From Antedon mediterranea (lineage: Eukaryota > Animalia > Echinodermata), in contig NC_092673.1 of the NCBI RefSeq assembly GCF_964355755.1, positions 18,845,648-18,909,647 of the forward strand: 64,000 nt of DNA. Reading direction: 5' to 3'. Positions 54,101-64,000 of this stretch are shown here, piece after piece. The notes beneath the pieces are model-generated. The model was not told where the DNA came from. It did not search any database and saw only the letters and a list, made by a program, of their open reading frames with translations. Both the position numbers and the translations under genes were made by a program. Every line of letters begins with the position of its first letter. Within the stretch, counting starts at the first letter, position 1.

Positions 54101-57100
54101 TTACAACAATGTTGCTTTTTGCATGTGGAGTTTTACAACAAAAATCTGTTTCAGCTACAGGTACTGACATTGCTGACATTGATACAAAACAGCAGTTAGA
54201 TAAAGATGTAATACAGTATATTGAGGACAATAAGGAGGAAACCTTTAAAGACACGTTTAACATCTGGGATCACGGTGGACAACTGATATATCATGGTATA
54301 CATCGCGTAAGTTATGATGTGTTTGTCTATACATGGTATTTATCAACATAATAGTAGCATTATTATTGATATGCAGACATTGCTCAAATAGTTTCTGCAC
54401 AAAGGCTCTGTTAGAAGTTTCAAATAGTTCACTACAAAAACATTTTAACTCTACAGTAGGTTGGCCAGTTTGAGTATGAGAAAAATATAACCTATGGAAA
54501 TACAAATAAACAGTACATTTTAGTGAAAATCTTGCTAGTACTTACTTGTCTTCTCATCTGCCATTTGGAAGGTACATGACCTCCTCCACACTTTTCTATT
54601 TAGTGTTTCTTCTTTTAGTTCAGATTATGTATTTATATTGTTTAATCTATATAGCATAACTTTCTTTTTCCTCCTTCTTCTTTTACCATCATATCTTTTC
54701 TATTAACAATTTTCAATAGTCCTCCTTCCCTCCTTTCAGATCCATACAAACTTTGAAGGTGACATACATGATTTTAGTTTTCCTATTATTTTTTCCCCCT
54801 TATGTATTCTATCCATTGTTATTATTATTATTATTATTAATCGTCGTCGTCATCATCAATGTCATCATCAATATTATTATCAATATCAATATCATCATTA
54901 TCTTCATCATTATCATCATCATTATCATCATTATTATTATTAATATTAATATTATTAATATTATTATTAATATTATCCGTTGACAATTCATTATATACAG
55001 TATTTACAGTAAATCCTATTAATCCATAATTTCTGTTTTTAATGTGTACTGATTCTAGTTTTCTTAGGTGAGTTATTGTATATTTCTGCAAAAATATTGT
55101 TTTAAATGAATTTGTACAAGAGAAGAAGTATTTGGTAAAAAAATAAATTGTATTAAAACATTTTATATAAAGTTCTTTAGTTATAGATTTGTCTAAATAT
55201 CAGAAAGTAGTGTATAACCAGTATAATGCTTGCTTTTTGCAGATGTTCATGACATTGGAAGCACTTTATATTGTGGTGTTCGATCTCCGTGTGAACCTTG
55301 AGGATCCTGCTATTTTCATTGATGCAAATGGAGTAAGTATTTGTAGGCCATGTAAAGTAATGTTTTGGAGGGACCTTAGTAGCAGTTAACCCACTATTCT
55401 AAACTGGAGGAGTTACCCTCTTTAAAGATGGTTGAAATATAAGTATTGTAGTTATGTCCATGGGCTGGGAGCAGTAACCCCCTGCAACCTACATTTTTGG
55501 TATTTTTATGTACCTAAATATCCGGTGAACTAAAAAATATATGTTAACATCAAATATCCTCATTCCCGAGATGGGTTTTTAACAGATTTTTAAAAGCGAT
55601 TTAATTTCAGATTTTTTACCAATTTTGGGGTAAGGGGGTAATACAAATAGCCATAAGTACAGTTTTCCTTGAACATTCATTCTTGGTATCAATGTATAGA
55701 GTATTGTCTGTTCTACAATTTGATATAAAATATGTGGTAATTAAATAATTAATGACATTACAAATAATTAAATATGCCAATATTATTGTTTAAAAATTGG
55801 CTAAAGTGATTCATATATGATAGGTATACACATTCTGATTCATATAACCATTTTTAGGTACATGTATATACAGTAGCTATAAATATGTACACAACTTAAC
55901 AAAACAATCAGTTTCATTATTTTCCGTACATTTTTGGGGTAGGGTTAATAACAGTAGTGATAAGTATAATTTTCCTTGATGAAATCTTTACAAATAGATA
56001 TTAGTATGTAGAGTAAGTCTGTCTGTTTTACATTTTGATTTTACATTTAGTGTAATTGGATAATTAACGACCTCACATTAGGTCAAAAGGTCACATTTAG
56101 AAAAAAATAGGTACTGTATCTACAAACCTGTAAATGTATAATTAAAATACCTAAATTAATCTTCATCTGAATCACTATCTTCACCGTAAGAAAGTTCACT
56201 TGCATCAGAATTACGCTCCTCATCATCTTCCTGAAATTTTTTATTATCAAGTTTATCAAGAATATCAACTAGGTTTTGTGGTAAAATTTTGTTAGATGTC
56301 CATTCTGATCCATTATCTGTTGCAGTCCACCTCTAAATAATTTGTATTCCAGATAACTGAATGGCATGATGCAGCAAAATAAAGAAGATGTCACTGTCAG
56401 GACTCCTAATTCTAGCATATTTAAAGCCCCTCTCTCTTCCATAAAAGCAATATAGTATCACTCTTGAGTCTGTCTCTTCTTGACTGGATTGAAGGTTGAT
56501 CCGCTCTGTTGTTGATATGGTACTATATACCGTCTGATATTATCTGATGTGCTTTTCCATCACAAATAAAAATCACTTCTCTATCTACTAGCTTTGTTGC
56601 AAATGAGTTGAATAAGCTTCAAGTTTAATTGTGGCTAAAATAATTAAATTGTATGATAGTTTTTTTATAATATATATAAATAGAATTTTTTTTTTTTCAG
56701 GATGAACGTAAACATCATTGGACCAATCTCCAATTCATATTATCTTACATCCTGTCAGTTTATTCTCATAGTCGTGATATAAGAAAAAACAAAGAAAAGA
56801 GAGTTCACGAACCAACTATCCTTATTGTGGGTACACATAAGGCTGAGCTTGGTGGAACTGAAGAAGAACAAAATGCTAAGGTAATACTGTTTCTATTTTT
56901 ACGTTTACTGAAATTAGCCACAACCAAGAATACATTGCAGGTCTATATTAGAAACTGAGTACTGGAGTAGTGTATCAATTAATTTGATTACTTAAGTCTA
57001 TCCTGCAATTAATAAAAGTGGTAGTCCAGAGTTACAAAAAAGTTTTTGAATATTACTTAGAATAAAGGACATTAATTGACCCATGTTATGATATAAATAT

Positions 57101-60096
57101 ATATTTTTTGTTATTAGGCAAAATCAAAATTTGAAAAGCTTAAACATGCACTTGGAGAGAAACTGAAAGTTCATGTGTATAACACCTATTTTGCCATCGA
57201 AAACAGTAAAGAAACAACAGATGAGAGCTTTAGCAAACTCAAAAAGGTTATTGATGAGCTTATGGAAACTTTAGAAAGGCCTGTTCCTTTGAAGTGGATG
57301 CGTTTTCGATGTGACATACATAAACTAAGGAGAGAAAAACACTTTTCTTTGTGTCGTGTTGAAGAGGTAAATTAAATTTAATGTTTTGTTTTTGGTAGTA
57401 AATAATAGAATCTAAAAAAGCATAAACAAAATAATTTTCCCACTATTAAAAAACAATTAATGTTAGTAAATATAATAATATTGATTAGTAATATGATCCT
57501 AATCATGTTAGTATGGTTTCTTATCTGAGCCAGACCACTAAAAAACCTAGTAATATTTATGGAATATTCATTGCTATGTTGCCATTCTGTGAGAAAGAAA
57601 CGCTGTATAATCCCCCTTGGCTATGTGAGAGTGGCATTTTCCTTCAGATCCAACATTATGCAGTAAATGACAAAAAATGAACTTTTCTATATGGTAATTG
57701 TACATCAAAATATTTCGTGCTGTAAAGCGTCGTTTCACAAAGTATGGCCCGCAGCCCGAAACAGAATGTTTCAGCATGTAAGATCCTTTATTTTAACATA
57801 AACTTTGCGGAATACTACTGTAAATGACAGAAATAATGTTATAAATGACGTATACCTACCTATGATTTTATTTTTTTTCTTTAGCTCAAAAAGCTAGCAA
57901 GTAAGAATGGTATTGCAGATGAAAAACAACAATCAACCCTTCTTAACTTCCTGTATGATCTTGGTGAAATTGTTTACAGGCCTGACAACAAATTATTAGA
58001 AGATAAAGCGGTGTTAGATCCGATGCGGCTTGTTAAAATTGTTACTGCATTTGTAACAGTCATTAAACAAGAAGATCCAGTAAGTAGGCTCATAAAAATA
58101 TTAATTCAGTGTTCCTTGGGGAAATAATAGGCACATGTGAATTCCTATATTAGTCATGTATCAAATGCAATATCTGCAAGTTACCTTACACAGTAGTTTA
58201 AATTTGAGTGGTATTTATTGTATATATATGTAATTTAAATATATTTGTTTGTTTTTTTTAGCCGGCCATGGATATTGATGCCTTTGCTAATCTTGACAAG
58301 GGCATACTGGAGGAAGACTTGTTGCGAGAATTATGGAAAGAGCATAAAGTTGACGAAGGACAGAATTTTAAGTTTCTTGTAGCACTGATGATCCAATTAG
58401 GTTTCATTTGTGAGAGAAAGACAACCAGCAGCCAAGATGTGGCAAGTACATCTACAGTAGGTTTTGTTAAGTTTCCTTTTCTAACATGTTATGTTTTGCA
58501 TGAAGCTAATGTGAAAAAAACGATTTTTTATATGATACATAATTGGTAAAATTTTACATACAATTTCTAATTATTTGTAGCGTTATGACATATTTTGATT
58601 AAACTTTCTGCTGAAAGATGTTTTTAACATGTACATGAAATTAGTTTTCTTAAAAGAAATTTAAATGGCATTTTTACAAATCAACAATTTCAGGAATCTG
58701 TTGGAAAGCAATCATTTTTTGTGCCACTACGGCTTGCTTTCAAGACATCAAGTGAAGTGAAAGCAGTGCCTGATGAATTTCCAGCTATCAGTATCTATTA
58801 CGACTTTAAGGGATATCTGCCAGATGTATTGTTTCCATATATGATTATTGATTTCCTCAACAAATTTCAAAAGAAAGACGTTGACCCAATACTGTCATAT
58901 AATCATGCTGAACTTTACTTCGACCAAGATCATCATCTGACCTTATCTCTTGTCAAATTTGTGACTACGGAGGATGAAAGAAAGTTCTTGTTAAAGGTAC
59001 TGTATCATATAATTTGTTGTGAATAAGTCATAATCTAAACATAAACTCAAATTCAAATATCAAAACATCACTTTTCTTCTTTTTTTCAGGTGACTATTAA
59101 AAGAACAAATGCTCCTAATGAAGCGAGTAATGAAGAACCCTCTTCTGAAGCATGTAAAGAGGTTTGTTATCATTTCATATATCAGTTTGAAGAAGTATAT
59201 GATTTTGTATAGATATTTTTGTTGATATCTATCTTGTAATATGACATGTTTTAAATTTGAGGTATCATTTTCCTAATTTTTTGTCATTGTATTTGACTGG
59301 TGTTTTCAATAATAAAAAACAGCTGACTATATTGCTAAGATGAAAATCTACTTATAGAATTAAACTTGATGTGGAACATACTTTTTCATTTTAATTTGCT
59401 TCAGTTAATATTATTAATTAAATATGAATGATTATTCACAATTGCCTTATATAGCATTACATCTTTAAAAAATCAATGATATAATCTTCATATGATATAA
59501 ATTTTAAACACCTTAAAGTACAGTTGTCAAAACTCAAACGTAATTCATTTTTAATAGCTGCCAGTCAATAGCATGCCTACAAACTCTGAATTGTTATTAT
59601 TTTAAGACTAAAGTATGATTATGAACTTGCAATTGAAACTTTAAATTTGGTAAGATTTTATAACATACAGTACATGGTGAACTATGTACAATGTTTGTAT
59701 AATAGTGATACTTTTTTGTTTTACTTTTCCCTTTATAACTATATTGTATTGTAAATGTTTACTGAACACAACATTTTAAGAGTGTATGCTGCTGATTCAA
59801 AGTTGCTACATTGTGTTATATTGGTCAATTACAGTTAACTGTTTGTCCTTGGAAATCAACATTCAATTTGTATCTTTAGGTTTTGTTAACAATCCAGAAG
59901 TCAATTGAACCTTCTAAAGATGGTGGTAGAAGAGGGATTCAATATGAGAGATGCATACTTTGTGATGTATGTAGTGATACATCAGGAAAGAAGCACATTC
60001 AAAATCTTGATGACTTCCAGTACGAGAAATTGACATGCACCAAAACTGGCAAGTCTGTTACGATGGATGTTAAACGTTACAAGCAGCTATTTGTAG
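51191..60096 (+). CDS. Roc-COR module 2, 13 coding exons, 735 codons, phase 1 at both ends
   Basis: Exons 51191-51356, 51962-52047, 52414-52478, 52949-53189, 54161-54306 (alt acceptor 54155), 55243-55332, 56701-56880, 57118-57366, 57885-58079, 58262-58456, 58694-58996, 59090-59161, 59880-60096. Intron positions match module 1 and there are no stops. Motifs GLEGVGKTC, WDHGGQ, VGTHKA. Confidence 0.88.
51497..51868 (-). mobile_element. 3' fragment of an L2-group LINE
   Basis: Minus strand ELFREILPPLHKPARSLRVNRFLEVPHCKTSRLRSSPVPTMVDIIN, then AT-rich UTR and (aata)n tail. Confidence 0.65.
53715..54056. repeat. Intronic 30-bp minisatellite, ~11 copies
   Basis: Unit gatgaaaactataacattgatgata(a/t)tagt. 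Confidence 0.92.
54824..54976. repeat. (ATT/ATC)n low-complexity microsatellite
   Basis: Mixed trinucleotide runs. Confidence 0.9.
55377..56620 (-). mobile_element. Deleted Academ-like transposon with XPG/PIN-type nuclease remnant
   Basis: Minus strand 56340-56520 reads NLQSSQEETDSRVILYCFYGRERGFKYARIRSPDSDIFFILLHH, followed by an acidic C-terminus ending DSDSDED* near 56157 and repeated subterminal blocks. Boundaries are approximate. Confidence 0.6.
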
Positions 60097-60177
60097 GTAA
60101 GAGTAATAACATAATCATAATCGTGTCGAGCATAGCTCATCACCGAAAGTTACATATTTTTTAGTTGTATGAAAAAA

Positions 60178-60249
60178 TGTCTCTGGCAGGATTCGAACCT
60201 GCGACTTCTTGCTTACGGGGCAAATATCATACTATTAGACCACAGACAC
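60178..60249 (-). pseudogene. tRNA-Thr(CGT)-like pseudogene or SINE head
   Basis: gtgtctg tg gtctaatagtatgata tttgc-cccgtaa-gcaag aagtc gcagg-ttcgaat-cctgc cagagac a. T arm is intact, but the D-loop GG is lost, position 33 is C, and the acceptor stem has a mismatch. Confidence 0.65.
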
Positions 60250-60689
60250 CCTCACAATCAGTGGAGACTAACTAGTCATTGATCTCATGGCAGTCTTAAT
60301 AAATATTATAGGATTGGCATTATTATATCTATACTCTCACAAGAGAATTGTTAGAAGTTAGGAATTGGACTAGCATGTGAGAGGCATGGGTTTGTATACT
60401 AGGCAACATGCGTTAGTCTCATTCTATAATCCTTCAGACGGGATGTAAAGCTGTTGGTCCTGGGTACATAAAATGTAAATGTCTACTATAAAAATATGGT
60501 ACACTTTTTAAAAGGCACAAGGACATTGTTCAGATGGATTCATTCATATTTGTTAAGAACAATGACAATCGATAAAAGTTCTAAAGATTTTCAAACCTAT
60601 AACATTTCTAAAAGCGGGAAATGCACTTTCCTGAATTTTAGAAGGCAAAAACACACATACAAAAGCAAATATAATTTTACAGTATCAAT

Positions 60690-60998
60690 GTATACACATC
60701 TGAAAGGATACAGACAATTTGGAAGGCACAAATACACACACACAAAATGTATGTAGACATAAGGATACAGACAATTTGGAAGGCACAAACACACACACAC
60801 ACACAAAATGTATGTAGACACAATTTGGAAGGCACAAACACACACACACAAAATGTATGTAGACATAAGGATACAGACAATTTGGAAGGCACAAACACAC
60901 ACACAAAATGTATGTATAGACATCTGAAAGGATACAGACAATTTGGAAGGCACAAACACACACACACAAAATTTATGTAGACATAAGGATACAGACAT
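60690..60998. repeat. Minisatellite, ~55-60-bp unit containing (CA)n, ~5 copies
   Basis: Repeated gatacagacaatttggaaggcacaaacacacacacaaaatgtatgtagacataag. Confidence 0.9.
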
Positions 60999-61185
60999 TT
61001 TCCAAAGGTAGTTTAGCTTTTCAATTTTTAGTACCGATCTTATCCAATTTAAATTTGTTTTAAGTTTTATTTCTATTGAAAGAGTAAGTGATTATTTTAA
61101 GATAAAACAAGAACTACACAATCATGACATTTCACAAACTAACAAAAGCTATGACATTTTAAAAAACATTTTTGTTTTATTTCAG

Positions 61186-61404
61186 AGAACCGGTGGAAAG
61201 TTACAACAGTGTTTAGTTTTCTAATTGGAGTTTTTGCTGTCTTGATAAATATACTTGATGGACCAGCAAGAATGGCAACTTGCATTAGTGTTCTTGTATT
61301 AATTCTTGTTGGATTCTTTTGTCTACATCATCAATTGTCCAAGTCCTGTACTCAGGAAGGTTATAAATCAATGGATGTTAAACGATACAAGAGACTATTT
61401 GGAG
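61186..61404 (+). CDS. Phase 1-1 exon with two hydrophobic segments plus a duplicated COR tail
   Basis: ttttgttttatttcag| ENRWKVTTVFSFLIGVFAVLINILDGPARMATCISVLVLILVGFFCLHHQLSKSCTQEGYKSMDVKRYKRLFG |gtaaaa; if unspliced it stops at 61433. Confidence 0.7.
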
Positions 61405-61519
61405 GTAAAAATAATGAGACAAGTTTAATTTAATTTGTCATTTTTTACCAAAAAAAACAAATAAGTACAGTGACAACAACAAAATAAATGAAAATAGAAA
61501 ACAAACTGTTAAAGTAACA

Positions 61520-64000
61520 AACTGTGATATCTTACCAGTAGTAGTACTATCAGAATCATTATTGATAATCTATACATTGTTACAACATGCTGCTATTAGC
61601 TGTGATATCTTGATTCCTCTTACCAGTAGTAGTACTATCAGAATCATTATTGATAATCTATACATTGTTACAACATGCTGCTATTAGCTGTGGTATCTTC
61701 ATTCCTCTTACCAGTAGTAGTACTATCAGAATCATTATTGATAATCTATACATTGTTACAACATGCTGCTATTAGCTGTGATATCTTGATTCCTCTTACC
61801 AGTAGTAGTACTATCAGAATCATTATTGATAATCTATACATTGTTACAACATGCTGCTATTTAGCTGTGATATCTTCATTCCTCTTACCAGTAGTAGTAC
61901 TATCAGAATCATTATTGATAATCTATACATTGTTACAACATGCTGCTATTAGCTGTGATATCTTGATTCCTCTTACCAGTAGTAGTACTATCAGAATCAT
62001 TATTGATAATCTATACATTGTTACAACATGCTGCTATTAGCTGTGATATCTTCATTCCTCTTACCAGTAGTAGTACTATCAGAATCATTATTGATAATCT
62101 ATACATTGTTACAACATGCTGCTATTAGCTGTGATATCTTCATTCCTCTTACCAGTAGTAGTACTATCAGAATCATTATTGATAATCTATACATTGTTAC
62201 AACATGCTGCTATTAGCTGTGATATCTTCATTCCTCTTACCAGTAGTAGTACTATCAGAATCATTATTGATAATCTATACATTGTTACAACATGCTGTTA
62301 TTAGCTGTGATATCTTCATTCCTCTTACCAGTAGTAGTACTATCAGAATCATTATTGATAATCTATACATTGTTACAACATGCTGCTATTGGCTGTGATA
62401 TCTTCATTCCTCTACCAGTAGTAGTACTATCAGAATCATTATTGATAATCTATACATTGTTACAACATGCTGCTATTAGCTGTGATATCTTGATTCCTCT
62501 TACCAGTAGTAGTACTATCAGAATCATTATTGATAATCTATACATTGTTACAACATGCTGCTATTAGCTGTGATATCTTCATTCCTCTTACCAGTAGTAG
62601 TACTATCAGAATCATTATTGATAATCTATACATTGTTACAACATGCTGCTATTAGCTGTGATATCTTCATTCCTCTTACCAGTAGTAGTACTATCAGAAT
62701 CATTATTGATAATCTATACATTGTTACAACATGCTGTTATTAGCTGTGATATCTTCATTCCTCTTACCAGTAGTAGTACTATCAGAATCATTATTGATAA
62801 TCTATACATTGTTACAACATGCTGTTATTAGCTGTGATATCTTCATTCCTCTTACCAGTAGTAGTACTATCAGAATCATTATTGATAATCTATACATTGT
62901 TACAACATGCTGTTATTAGCTGTGATATCTTGATTCCTCTTACCAGTAGTAGTACTATCAGAATCATTATTGATAATCTATACATTGTTACAACATGCTG
63001 CTATTTAGCTGTGATATCTTCATTCCTCTTACCAGTAGTAGTACTATCAGAATCATTATTGATAATCTATACATTGTTACAACATGCTGCTATTTAGCTG
63101 TGATATCTTCATTCCTCTTACCAGTAGTAGTACTATCAGAATCATTATTGATAATCTATACATTGTTACAACATGCTGCTATTTAGCTGTGATATCTTCA
63201 TTCCTCTTACCAGTAGTAGTACTATCAGAATCATTATTGATAATCTATACATTGTTACAACATGCTGCTATTTAGCTGTGATATCTTCATTCCTCTTACC
63301 AGTAGTAGTACTATCAGAATCATTATTGATAATCTATACATTGTTACAACATGCTGCTATTAGCTGTGATATCTTCATTCCTCTTACCAGTAGTAGTACT
63401 ATCAGAATCATTATTGATAATCTATACATTGTTACAACATGCTGTTATTAGCTGTGATATCTTAATTCCTCTTACCAGTAGTAGTACTATCAGAATCATT
63501 ATTGATAATCTATACATTGTTACAACATGCTGCTATTAGCTGTGATATCTTCATTCCTCCTACCAGTAGTAGTACTATCAGAATCATTATTGATAATCTA
63601 TACATTGTTACAACATGCTGTTATTAGCTGTGATATCTTCATTCCTCTTACCAGTAGTAGTACTATCAGAATCATTATTGATAATCTATACATTGTTACA
63701 ACATGCTGCTATTTAGCTGTGATATCTTCATTCCTCTTACCAGTAGTAGTACTATCAGAATCATTATTGATAATCTATACATTGTTACAACATGCTGCTA
63801 TTTAGCTGTGATATCTTCATTCCTCTTACCAGTAGTAGTACTATCAGAATCATTATTGATAATCTATACATTGTTACAACATGCTGCTATTTAGCTGTGA
63901 TATCTTCATTCCTCTTACCAGTAGTAGTACTATCAGAATCATTATTGATAATCTATACATTGTTACAACATGCTGCTATTAGCTGTGATATCTTCATTCC
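61520..64000. repeat. Satellite, 88/89-bp unit, >28 copies, runs off window
   Basis: Same unit as 40452-43250. Confidence 0.99.

Noticed and set aside
53499-54351. Long repeat ORFs (MKTITLMIIV and VIVFITNIIN frames)
   Set aside because: By-products of the 30-bp minisatellite. Only 54161-54306 matches the paralogous exon and has proper splice sites.
23553-60096. Assignment as LRRK1/2, DAPK1 or MFHAS1 orthologue
   Set aside because: No LRR, kinase or ankyrin exons are visible and the motifs diverge, so no gene symbol is given.
60178-60249. Functional tRNA-Thr gene
   Set aside because: Lacks U33 and the D-loop GG and has an acceptor mismatch; the adjacent sequence recurs at ~52812-52850, pointing to a SINE.
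60496-60998. Cys/Val-rich or His/Thr-rich ORFs
   Set aside because: Derived from a (CA)n-containing minisatellite.

Overview
AT-rich, intron-containing animal genomic DNA, probably a marine invertebrate (echinoderm-like by my inference only). The first ~23 kb is tandem repeats and transposon debris. From 23.5 kb to the window end lies a + strand multi-exon locus, which I reconstructed by hand from GT/AG sites and codon phases. It holds two intact, diverged Roc-COR (Roco-type GTPase) modules (23553-39307 and 51191-60096). Between them are a small linker exon and a single exon encoding tandem death effector domains (47479-48015); after them is an exon with two hydrophobic segments (61186-61404). 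All module junctions are phase 1, and I find no separate start codon for the second module. The locus can therefore be read as one ORF of about 1660 codons or more (Roc-COR / DED-DED / Roc-COR / TM-TM), with possible alternative terminal exons after the first COR. Both Roc domains lack the G4 aspartate. Introns and flanks contain six larger tandem arrays (63, 59, 89, 63, 81/83 and 88 bp units) and a near-full-length CR1/L2-group LINE with a 2A-like motif. They also contain several LINE fragments; Academ-, Harbinger-, Kolobok-, hAT- and Tc1/pogo-like non-autonomous elements; and two Penelope-like remnants carrying hammerhead ribozyme motifs. Exon models and family calls come from manual reading and are unconfirmed by RNA data or database searches.
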